Assembly: GCA_963734495.1 (NCBI GenBank)
Contig: CAVTHK010000003.1
Coordinates: 160,001-224,000 of the forward strand
Direction of reading: 5' to 3'
DNA length: 64,000 nt
Source of the DNA: an uncultured Spirochaetota bacterium
Lineage (GTDB): Bacteria > Spirochaetota > Spirochaetia > SZUA-6 > CAVTHK01
Part shown: positions 23,376 through 34,117 of the stretch, piece after piece
How the letters are laid out: every line of letters starts with the position of its first letter
Position numbering within the stretch: position 1 is the first letter of the stretch
The notes under the pieces: model-generated
Told to the model about the DNA's origin: nothing
Databases searched by the model: none
The model's input: only the letters and a program-made list of their open reading frames with translations
Program-made: the position numbers and the translations under genes

Positions 23376-23510
23376 GCCGCGTCGGGACCGTCCCCTGGCA
23401 GCGACGGCCGCCTGCGACGCCTCGCCGGCGGCCGTCGAACGCCTCGAGCCAGCCTTGCGCCCTGCGCGCACGTGTCCTTCGCGGCAACAGAGCTTCGAGG
23501 TGAATAACGC

Positions 23511-23777
23511 ATGACCCGCTCACTTTACTTCACGACGGGAGCCGACGGGGCGCTGGTGGCGGCCACCACGATGGAGCACGCGGTCCTGGAGGTGCTGACC
23601 GTCCCCGACGACTATGACGACGCGGCGGCCCTGCAGATCGCGCAGAGCGTCTTCGGCTCGGGGGTGATCGAGACCCGCGCGCGCACGGGGACCCGGGGAG
23701 GGCCCGTCCGTATCACCTGGGCGGCTCTGGTGGAGAGGGGGATGGAAGCCGGCGTGCTTGGGCAGGAAGACGCCTGA
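23511..23777 (+). CDS. Hypothetical protein (88 aa)
   Basis: GAGGTG RBS, plausible composition and codon use; no recognisable motif. Confidence 0.5.
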   Translation: MTRSLYFTTGADGALVAATTMEHAVLEVLTVPDDYDDAAALQIAQSVFGSGVIETRARTGTRGGPVRITWAALVERGMEAGVLGQEDA

Positions 23778-23779
23778 GC

Positions 23780-26700
23780 GGCCCGGCGGCGGGCCGGACC
23801 CCACCCTCCCGCCCATCGAGCAGGAAGCGTCCGTGCGCTTCCGTTGCCGTTCCCCTTGCCGTTGCCGATTTCCCGCCGCCTTGACGGCGTCCGCCAGCCG
23901 CTGCGCCTGAAGTAGGAACGTCTCCAGGCGCGCCTCCTCGATCTGCGTAAAGACGTTTCCGTCGAGCTCCACGAAGAGGCACGGCAGCACGTCGACGTCC
24001 TTCCTGATCTGCCCGAGCTCGATCTTCCGTCCCGCGTTCCGCGCCGCCCGTTCCTTGCCCTCGACCGTCATCTCGACGGCGGCCACCGCCTCGGTCATGC
24101 GCGCGTTCATGCACCCGAAAGGACCCACGGCGATGATGCCGCAGTACTTGCCGGCGAGATGGTGGAGGGCGGCGCCGGAGGAGAGGCCCGGCTCCCCGGT
24201 GAGCTGCAGCGGGATGAAGTGCGTGGAGTGGGCGAGGTAGGCCCTGATGTCGATGAGCTCGCGCTCGTACAGCCCGCTCCTCGCGAGGAGACGCTTGACC
24301 CTGCGCTCGTGATACAGCTGCACCAGGCCCGAGACGAGCGCCTCCAGTCTGCCGGCGAGCTTCAGCTTCGCCGTGTACAGCCCCATGCCGCGCATAAAGT
24401 CCGTGTAGCGGACCCATTCGGACACGGGGGCGTCCAGCATGACGAATCCGTGCTGCGCCAGCCGCTCGGGGATCCCCATCAGGCAGAAATGGTCCCGGCG
24501 CACGAATATCTCGCCCACCACCCCGATGTACCTGGCTTCGCGGAGCGGCGCGCGGAGCCTGATCGCGGACAGCGCCTTGACGGCTTCCCGCAGCTGCCCG
24601 TACGTGGAGCGGCGGACCGTGCCGTCAAAGGTGCCCAGGAGCTTGCGCGTTTCCGTCTCGAAGATCGCCATCGCGCGCTGCCTGTCCACCGCCAGGGCCT
24701 TGATGGCGGAGCGGACGTCGTCCAGGACGTCGAAGAGGTACAGCGCCTTGACCGCCTCCAGGCGGAACGGGACGCCCAGGCCCGCGTAGCCGTCGTCGTT
24801 CGACAGGAGAAGCATCGCGACGTCGCGCAGCCCCTGCTTCTCGATCATGGCGCGGATGAGGATCTCGTACTGGCCGACGCGGCAGCAGCCTCCGGCGTCC
24901 ACCATGATGACGAGGAGCTTCTCCGAGGGGTCGCTGCGGTGCTTGAGGTACCTGCGTATCTCCCCCAGGATGTTGATGATGGGCAGGCATTCCTTGTTCG
25001 TGGTGACGGCCCTGCCCAGGTCCAGGGCCTCCCTGTCGCAGACGGGCAGCGCCTCCGCGTTCCAGCCCATCCCGCGGAATACGGCGGCCATGCCCTCGGC
25101 GAAGAGGTCCCCCATCGAGGGGACCACGACCTTGACCCTGGGGTCTCTGACCGGGAAGCGCTCGCCGCCCGAATCGACGTAGAAAGCGCGGCCGGCGTGG
25201 TCGATCTCGGTGCGCGCCGCAGCGACGGCCGCCACCGGGTCCCTCACGGCGTCCCTGATCTTGACGTAGTTCCGCACGACGTCGAGGAACGCCTCGATCC
25301 TCGTGTTGACCCCCGCGTCGGCCGTGTGGGAGTCCACCTCGAGGGTGAGGGACGGCTTGGTCTGCATGAGGTCGCGGAAATGCGGCACCATCATGGAGTC
25401 GAGGGCGCAGAGGAAGTTGGTGAGATAGCAGCCGAAGAGCTGCGGGTGCCTCTTGACGATCCGCGCGGCCTTGATGATCTTCTGGCCCATCTCCCAGTAG
25501 GTGTCGCGGAAGTTCTCCTCCTCCTCGAGCGCGAGGAAGTCGAAGGGGATGATCTCGATGCCGCGGGACGCGAACTTGAAGGGGACCCCCTTGTTCGCCT
25601 CGTCGGTGAACGCGTTGTAGGGCCTGCCGAACAGGACCACGGCGATGCGGTCCGGGTCGGCCTCGAGCTCCGCGAGGATCCGCCTTCCCTCCGCCTTGAG
25701 CGCGGCGAAGAACTCCAGCTGCCTTTCCACCGCCAGCCCGTGCGCCCGCTTCGCCCGGGCTTCGTCGAAGCCCATCTCGCGGGCGATCTCGACGAATCGC
25801 TTCTCCTCGGCGCCGTAGCCCGTCATGAAATTGAGCGGCGGCGCGATGAGGCCGGGCGCGCCCGGGCGCGTCGCGGAGGAACGTCGCCCTCTGGTACCAC
25901 GGCTCTCCCTGAAGGAACATGCAGGTGGCCTGGTACTCGACGCGGTACTCCTCCTGCGGCGAGACGTGCATCTCCTTGATCTGGGGCATGAAGATGTAGT
26001 CCGGCTTCTTCGCGAGGAGGTCCTCGAACATGCCCAGCGCGATCTGGCCGGAGAGGCAGAAGCTGGTCATGCCCTTGTCGATGCCCGTCTGCCGCACGGT
26101 GTCCGGCATGACGATCCTGCAGCCCAGCTCCGTGAAGAAGGTCGAGTACATCGGGTAGAGGGTGTGCGTGTGGAACGAGCGGTTGATGCCGACGAGCGGA
26201 CCGGATGACGCGCAGCCCGCCGCGGGGCGGGGCGAAGAGCATCTCGGTGCGCTTCTCCACATGGTTGTACTTCGCGACTTCGTAGCGCACGTTGCCGGAT
26301 CCGGTTGTAGTACTTGTTGCAGGCGCCGCCGAAGGGGAACTTCTTCCCCGCGACGTGGATCATCGCGATCTCGCACTTGCGGTCGCAGTTCTCGGGCTGC
26401 CCCTGGCAGACGAAGCTCTTGCCGTGCTCCACTTCGCGCGCGGCGAGAGCTCGGACAGGTCGAAGCTCCCTCTGCTGCAGGAGACCCAGGGAAAGCATGT
26501 TCTTCAGCTCGAGGGCGACGCCGTACGCGCCCATCAGGCCCGGGTGAGGCGGCACCACGATCCTGCGGCCGATCATGCCCGCCATGGCGATCGGCACCGC
26601 CTTGTTGTAGCAGACGCCCCCCTGCATGAAGACCTTGGCGCCGGTGTGCCGCGAGCCGCGCACGCGGTTGGCGTAGTTGATGCAGACCGAGTACACGAGC

Positions 26701-28208
26701 CCCGCGACGATGTCTTCCTTGCCGATGCCTTCCTGGAACGCCGTGGTGATGTCGGAGGAGATGAACGCCGCGCACTGGTCGGAGAAGTTGGGCGGGCCGC
26801 TTCGCGCGGAGCGCGATGTCGGCGATCTCCTCCATCGGGACGCCGAGGGTCTCCTGCGCGGACTCCTCGAGGAAGCTCCCGGTGCCCGCCGAGCAGGCCT
26901 CGTTCATGGCGTAGTCGGAGGCGACCGAGTTCGTGAGGTAGGTGTACTTCGCGTCCTGGCCGCCGATCTCGTAGATCGTGTCCACTTCGGGGTCGAAGTG
27001 CGCCGCGGCGCGCGCGTGGGCGATGATCTCGTTGATGATGCCGTCGGTGCCCGCGTGGAGCCCCGCGATGTACCTGCCGCTTCCCGTGACGCCCACGCCG
27101 ATCACGTCCACGCCGACGTCCCCGAGCTGCTCCGCGATGGACGCGGTAGCAGTCGCGGGACGCCTTGACGGGGTCCCCGTTGGTGCGCAGGTACACCGAC
27201 TTGAGGATCTTCTCGTCCGCCGCCCGCATCAGCACGGCCTTCGTGGTCGTGGAGCCGACGTCGAGGCCCAGGATGCACTCGTCGCCCGCCCGCGGCTCCT
27301 CGAAGGGCATCTCCTTGAAGTCCACCATCGACGCGAAGTCCGAGATGGGCTTGTGGAACTCGAAGGAGGAGCCGGCGTCCCGGTAGTACTGTCCCCGCCG
27401 CCGGCAGCGCGGTCCTGCCGCGTCCTGAGGGCCCACAGCGCGGCGCCGAGCGCCTCGAAGTACGGCGCTTCCCGCGGGACGGTCACGTCGAAGCTCTCCC
27501 TGAGGAACCCGATGACCACGTCGTTGCGCGCGGTCCCCCCGACGATCAGCACCCTGCGCGCGTTGATCTTGACGAGGAGCTCCTCGATCTTCTTGGCGAT
27601 CATGCGGGCGAGCCCGGCCACGACATCCGCGACCGGCTCCGCCCTTGTTCAGGGCGTGGGTGCAGTCGGACTTGCAGAACACGGAGCAGCGGCCGGAGAG
27701 CTGGTGGGGGTGCGTCGACGTCCGCGCGAGCCTCACCGCCTCTTCGACCGAGACATTCATCCTGCCGGATCTGCTGGAGGAAGAACTCGCCGGTGCCGGA
27801 CGCGCACTTGTTGCCCGAGCCGATGCGCGACACCTTGCCCTTGGCGTCCATCTGGTAGACGAGAAAGCTCTCGGCGCCGGCCGAAACGACCGCGTCGAAG
27901 CGGGCGTCGCCGCCGGCCACGAACGCCAGCGCGTACTCGGTGGCCTCGGGCTCGGTGATGGAAGGCGTCGCGAGGAGGCGCCGGAACTTCCGCCCGGTGG
28001 CGCCGAGGTACTTCCCCTTCAGGTCGCGCCCGTCGAGGCACGCGGCGAGGACCGTCTTGGGATCGCCGTCGTGCTGTCGCTGCACGATGTCGACGACTCG
28101 CACCGACGCCTGCGCGCGACTCGATCTCGACCAGCGAGAGGGTGGAAGCGCCGAGGCACAGGCCCGACCGCGCGGGTGGCCTCTTCGTTTGTACTGCAGG
28201 TTGCCCAT
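23780..28208 (-). CDS. Multidomain CoA-substrate-specific enzyme activase/reductase: 2x BcrAD/BadFG ATPase + DUF2229 + HGD-D-like (PlsA/Ger-like), copy A (frameshifted; 3' end uncertain, last frame open to 23520)
   Basis: GNKCASGTGEF, SGRCSVFCKSD, GLDVGSTTTK, EIGGQDAK, MNEACSAGTGSF, FGGACNKY, LFGRPYN, LTLEVDSHTADAG, KECLP and GPFGCM. Confidence 0.88.
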
Positions 28209-28342
28209 GGATCGCTCAATTCATACACCGGATCGACTCACCCGTGAAAGCCCCGCGGGCGTCCCCCGGGCCTTGCGTCGCGGCCCGCGGGTGTGACGAG
28301 GCATGCAGTCCCGTGAAGACGAACCTTTCGATCCTTCCCGTC

Positions 28343-29503
28343 ATGCTCCGGTCGACGCCCGACTACGTCTGGCCGATCGCGAAGATGTTCGCGAAGAAGG
28401 CGCTGGCCGAGCAGATCGACTACAGGCGGGGATCGGACCGCAGCAAACGACTCGCCTTGGTCACCTTTCGCATAACTCCTCTCTGCAATCTGAGTTGCGT
28501 CATGTGCTGCCAGCGCGGCAAGACGGGCGTCCTCAAAGGCAAGTACGCGCTCGAGGAATCGAAGAAGATCGTCCCCATCCAGCGGTACAAGGACCTGGTC
28601 GACGAGCTCAAGGGAGTCGACCCCGTCTTCTACGTGTGGGGCGGCGAGCCTTTCCTCTACCCGGACTTCATGGACCTCGCGGCCTACATGGCGCGCAAGT
28701 CGAGGGCGTTCACCGTGAACACCAACGGGACCTACCTCGCCGCGAACGCCGAGCGGATCGTCCGCGACCAGTGGACGGGGGTCTACGTGTCCCTCGACGG
28801 GACCGAGGAGGTCAACGACCCCATACGCGGCAAGGGCACCTACAGGCGGGTGGAGGAGTCCTTCCGGGCCCTGAACGCCGAGAAGAAGCGGCAGGGATCG
28901 AAGCTTCCTTACCTCGGCATGGTCACGACCATCAGCAACCTGAATTACCGCCACCTGGAGGAGACGGTGCTGAACGCCCGCCAGTTCGGGCTTTCATGGC
29001 ACATGATCAACCTGGGGACGTACACCGACCAGGCGGCCGTGAGCCGGCAGCAGGCCTTTATGAAGGAGACCTTCGGCATCGAGGTCAACTCGATGCAAGG
29101 GTTCCTCAACGGCTACAACGAGGGCATCGACGGCGCCGAGTTCGCGGAGATCCTGGCAAGGGTGCAGCGGCTCGACTGCGGGCACCCCGTGATCACGGTG
29201 CCGGTGGAGCGGGCCGACCGGATCGAGAAGTACTATACCGACTTCGAGGCCTCGCCCAAGCATCACTGCATCTGCCCCTGGATACAGGTGGACATCGATT
29301 ACAACGGCGACGTGCACCTCTGCATAGACTACCCCGAGTACACGATCGGAAACATCAAGCAGGACGGGCTCCTCTCGATCTTCAACAACGAGAAGGCGGC
29401 CGCCTTCCGCCGCAAGCTCCTGGCCGCGCCCGACGGCATCTTTCCCGGCTGCAGCCGCTGCTATCAGCACATGCTGATGGGCCGGACGAACAAGCGTTTC
29501 TAG
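28343..29503 (+). CDS. Radical SAM protein with a SPASM/twitch domain
   Basis: CNLSCVMC (CxxxCxxC), WGGEPF, NTNG, VSLDG; C-terminal CICPW...GDVHLC...IGNI...CSRC. Alternative start GTG 28313. Confidence 0.92.
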   Translation: MLRSTPDYVWPIAKMFAKKALAEQIDYRRGSDRSKRLALVTFRITPLCNLSCVMCCQRGKTGVLKGKYALEESKKIVPIQRYKDLVDELKGVDPVFYVWGGEPFLYPDFMDLAAYMARKSRAFTVNTNGTYLAANAERIVRDQWTGVYVSLDGTEEVNDPIRGKGTYRRVEESFRALNAEKKRQGSKLPYLGMVTTISNLNYRHLEETVLNARQFGLSWHMINLGTYTDQAAVSRQQAFMKETFGIEVNSMQGFLNGYNEGIDGAEFAEILARVQRLDCGHPVITVPVERADRIEKYYTDFEASPKHHCICPWIQVDIDYNGDVHLCIDYPEYTIGNIKQDGLLSIFNNEKAAAFRRKLLAAPDGIFPGCSRCYQHMLMGRTNKRF

Positions 29504-29517
29504 CAGGACGGAGCGGC

Positions 29518-32500
29518 GTGGAAGCCAACAGAGGTTACGGAGTCTGCATCGGCGCCTCGACGATCAGCGCGGTGGAGATCGCGCGCGACGGCGGTGTCGA
29601 CGGCGCAGCCGGGGGCTCCGGGCGGCCGGCCCGGATCGTCAGGGTCATCCGCAAGGACCACGAGGGGAACCTCAGGGCCGCCTTCAGCGAGGTCGTGGCC
29701 GATCTCGCCGTCGACGGCGGGCCGATCCTCGTGACGGGACGCGCCTTCAGACACTCGGTCGCCATCCCGTCGATCAGCGAGCCCGAGGCGGTCGAGCACG
29801 CCCTGGAGTACCTGCGGGGCAGGCACGACAAGACCTACGACGCCGTGGTGTCCGCCGGCGGGGAGACCTTTGTCGTGTACGCCCTCGACCGGGCGCAGAA
29901 GGTCTCCGGCATATCGACCGGCAACAAGTGCGCGTCCGGGACCGGCGAGTTCTTCCTCCAGCAGATCAGGCGCATGGATCTGGGGGTCGAGCAGGCCATC
30001 GAGCGCGCGCTCACAGGGACCCCCTATGCGGTGAGCGGGCGCTGCTCGGTCTTCTGCAAGTCCGACTGCACGCACGCCCTGAACAAAGGGGTCCCGATCG
30101 CCGACGTGACCGCGGGCCTCTGCCGGATGATCGCGCAGAAGATCGTCGAGATTCTCGACAGGGTGCCCCACGAGAGCACTCTCGTGATCGGAGGCACCGC
30201 CCGCAACGCCGCCGTGGTCGAGCGCCTGAAGGCCGCCGTGCCCGGCGTCGAGGTGCCGGAGGAGGCCGCCTACTTCGAGGCGCTCGGCGCGGCCATCGCC
30301 TCGCTCGAGCAGGGAAGCGCGCTTCCCGCCGCGCTCTTCGACCAGGGGCACGCGAGCTTCTCGTTTCTGCCGCCGCTGCGCGCGGCCGAGCACCTGGTGT
30401 CCTTCAAGACCATCGAGTTCGCCGCGGCGCGGCCCGGAGATCGCTGCATCGTCGGGCTCGACGTCGGCTCCACGACGACCAAGGCGCTGCTCCTGCGCCT
30501 CAGCGACCACGCGTTTCTCGCCTCCGAGTACCTTCGCACGAACGGCAACCCGATCGAAGCCTCCCGCGCCTGCTTCGCCTCGATCCTTGCGAAGCTCGGC
30601 GGGACCGACGTCGAAATCGTCGGGATCGGCGTCACCGGCTCGGGCAGGATGATCGCGGGCCTCTATGCTCTCACCGACGGCATCATCAACGAGATCATCG
30701 CGCACGCCGCCGCGGCCGCGTACTTCGACCCCGAGGTCGACACGATCTTCGAGATCGGCGGGCAGGACGCCAAGTACACCTACCTCACGTCGACCGTCGC
30801 TTCGGATTACGCGATGAACCTGGCGTGCTCGGCCGGCACGGGCTCCTTTCTCGAGGAGTCGGCCAGGGAGTCGCTCGGCATCGCTACCGAGGAGATCGCG
30901 GAGATCGCGATGCGCGGCGAGAAGCCCCCGAGCTTCAACGACCAGTGCGCGGCGTTCATCTCATCGGACATCAAGAACGCGACGCACTCGGGGATCGGGC
31001 TCGCAGACATCGTCGCCGGGCTCGTGTACTCGATCTGCTTCAACTACATCAACCGGGTCAAGGGCGCCCGGCCGGTCGGCAGAAAGATCTTCATGCAGGG
31101 GGGCGTCTGCTACAACCGCGCGGTCCCCATCGCGATGGCCGCCCTCGTGCAGAAGCCCATCGTGGTGCCGCCGGAGCCGGGACTCATGGGCGCCTTTGGC
31201 GTCGCGCTGGAGCTCGAGAAGCGGCTCGGCCTCGGGTTGATCAAGGAGGACCGCTTCGACCTGCGCTCCATCATCGACCGCACGGTGTCGAACGAGAAGC
31301 CCTTTCCTTGCGCCGGCGGAAGAGAGAAGTGCGACCTGAAGTGCTCGATCAACCGCATCAGGGTCGCCGGCAGGGTGTTCCCCTTTGGCGGGGTGTGCAA
31401 CCGCTACTACAACCTCGGGCACCGCGCGGACGCCGCGGAGGACGCCGACGGCGTGGAGGCCGCGACGGATTACGTTTCCCTCCGCAACGACCTCATGTTC
31501 CGCAAGTACGCGCGGCAGGGGCGCGTCGACGCGCGCGCGCCCGTGATCGGGCTGCCGACGACCTTCTTCACCATGAGTCTCTTTCCCCTCTTCCACAATT
31601 TCTTCTCGTCGCTCGGGTGCCGCGTCCTGCTGCCCGACGCCGTCGAGAAGGACGCGGCCAACCACCTCGTGACCTCCATGTGCTACCCCGCGGAGATCGC
31701 GACGGGCCTCTACGAGAACCTGGCGAAGAAGAACCCGGACTGGGTGTTCCTGCCGCTCGTAAAGGAGATGTACGTCCCGGGCGGCAACCACGCTTTCGAC
31801 TACAACGCGACCTGCGGCCTGAGCATGGGAGCCGGGATCTACCTCAGGCAGGCGTTCAGGGGCAAGGAAGGATACGCGAGGATCCTCTCGCCGTTCATGA
31901 ACCTCAGGGAGGGCCTCGAGAACGGCGAGGAGGCTTTTGTCGGAGTCGGCGCCGAGCTCGGGTTCTCGCGGGAGCGAGGCCGCGAGCGCGTTCCGCGCCG
32001 CCCTCGCGCTCCAGAGGGAGTTCGAAGAGGAGTGCCGGGCGATCGGCCGGGCGGCGCTCGAGGAGCTCAAGCGCGACCCGCAGAAGACGGCGATCGTGCT
32101 CTTCGGCCGGCCGTATAACGCCTACGCCCCGGAAGCCAACAAGGGCATCCCCAAGAAGATCACGAGCCGCGGCGAGCTCGTGCTCCCGTACGACATGCTC
32201 CCGATCGAGGAGGAGCCGATCCCCGAGGAGTACGCGAGCTCGATGTACTGGGAGGCGGGGCAGCGGATCCTCAAAGGCGCCGCGATCGTCAAGCGCGAGA
32301 GCCAGCTCTACGGCGTGTTCATCACGAACTTCCTCTGCGGCCCGGACTCCTTTATCGTGTCGTACTTCCGCAGGGTCATGGCGTCGAAGCCCTCGCTGAC
32401 CCTCGAGCTCGACGCGCACACCGCGGACGCCGGGCTCGACACGAGGATCGACGCGTTCCAGAGCATCATCCAGAACCACCGGAAAATACAGGGCAAGGTG

Positions 32501-33927
32501 AAGGACCCCGCGGCGGCGTTCCGCCCGGCGCGGGTGTCCATGGAGAACGCCGGCGCGTTCTTTATCGATTCGAGCGGCAGGAAGCTCAGCTTCACGGACC
32601 CGCGGGTCAAGATCATCTTCCCGCCGTTAGGCGACCACGGCAGCTATCTCATGGCGGCCGGCTGGCGGCGCCTCGGCATGAACGTGATCGCGCTGCCGCC
32701 GGCGGACGCCGAGACGCTGCAGCTCGGCCGCAGCGTGACGAGCGGAAAGGAGTGCATGCCGCTCATCGTCTGCATCGGCGGGCTCATCAAGTACCTGCGC
32801 TCGCGGCCGAAAGAGTCCGAGGACGAGAAGCTCGTCTTCTTCATCCCGCACGCCCTCGGCTACTGCCGCCTCGGCCAGTACAACGTCGCCATCCGCGACT
32901 TCGTTCGCGAGAACAAGGTCAGGGACCTCGCGACCCTCAACCTGAGCATGTCCGACCGGTTCGCGGGCATGGGGCCGAAGGTCCTGTTCAACGCGTGGAA
33001 GGCGATGGTGTGCATCGACCTGCTCGACGACATGTACTGCTCGATCCTCGCCCTCGCGAAGGACCCGGACGGCGGCGCCGCGATCTTCGAGGAGGAGTTC
33101 CGGAAGATCTGCGACTCCTTCGAGGGGATCTCGGGCGCGAAGTTCTACGATCAGCTGCGCGCTTCCTGGCGCGCTTCGCGCGATCCCGCTCAAGGCTTCG
33201 TTCGCGGAGACCGCGCGGATCGGGTTCAACGGCGAGTTCTTCGTGCGAAAGGACGCGTTCTCCAACCTGGGGCTGGCCTACCGGCTCGCGCGCAAGGGCT
33301 TTCTCGTGAGCACCGCGACGCTGACCGAGATCATGTACTACATGAGCTACCTGCAGAAGCACGGCATCAAGAAGGCCAACTACACCCTGGCGGGCTGGCT
33401 GGAGGCGGTCGCGTCCGCGGCGACGCAGCGCGCGGTGGAGAAGAAGATCAAGAGGATCTTCGCGGCCTCCGGCCTCGTCGACACCTCTCTCATCGACGTC
33501 GAGAGCACGACCCGCCATTCGAAGTTCATCGTGCCGAGGGATTTCGACGGCGAGCAGGTGCTCGTGCCCGGCATGACCTACCGGGACGCGTTCACCAAGT
33601 ACTGCGGGGTCGTCAACGTCGGTCCGTTCGGCTGCATCCAGACGCGCCTGGCGGACGCGGTCACGGTGCCGACGGCGAACATGAAGGGGAAGCGGGAGAG
33701 CTTCGCCTGCGCCGGCGTGCCCGTGCTCGCTTGCCGGCTTCTCCGACGACGAGCGCATCCCGTTCCTCACCGTCGAATCGGACGGCAATCCCTACCCGCA
33801 GCTGCTGGAGGCGAGGTTCGAGAGCTTCTGCCTGCAGGCGACCCGCGTCGCGAAGAAGATGGGCAAGAGCGTGGCCGGAGAGCGGAACGGATCGCCGCTG
33901 CCCGCGGCGGGCTCGAACGACCGCTGA
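29518..33927 (+). CDS. Multidomain CoA-substrate-specific enzyme activase/reductase (PlsA/Ger-like), copy B (frameshifts near 31980, 33170 and 33730)
   Basis: Same motif series as copy A (GNKCASGTGEF, GLDVGSTTTK, EIGGQDAK, LFGRPYN, LTLELDAHTADAG, KECMP, GPFGCI, ESDGN); ends TGA 33925-33927. Confidence 0.9.
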
Positions 33928-33976
33928 TTCAGCCGGCCGGAGCGCGGCGCCGGCAGTCAAGGGCTCTCTCGGGGTA

Positions 33977-34048
33977 AGCGCCTGGCCGGAATCGAACCGG
34001 TATCTCAAGCTTGGAAGGCTTGGGTAATGACCATTATACGACAGGCGC
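33977..34048 (-). tRNA. tRNA-Gly (anticodon TCC)
   Basis: GCGCCTG...CAGGCGC-T acceptor stem, anticodon arm CAAGC-CTTCCAA-GCTTG, T-loop GGTTCGATTCC; CCA not encoded. Confidence 0.95.
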
Positions 34049-34059
34049 GGGCTTTCATT

Positions 34060-34111
34060 ATCGTATGAAGGCCGCCCGCCCTTTGTCAAGGCGAAACGGC
34101 CGTGTTATGCT
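34060..34111. promoter_or_regulatory. Overlapping divergent sigma70 promoters (tRNA-Gly on the minus strand, VWA gene on the plus strand)
   Basis: Minus strand TTGACA(34089-34084)-N18-TACGAT; plus strand TTGTCA(34083)-N17-TATGCT(34106-34111). Confidence 0.5.
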
Positions 34112-34117
34112 GAGGCG

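Noticed and set aside
3691-33927. Calling the frameshifted genes pseudogenes or programmed frameshifts
   Set aside because: Indels are scattered across unrelated genes, catalytic motifs are intact and no slippery-site pattern is evident; sequencing error is more parsimonious.
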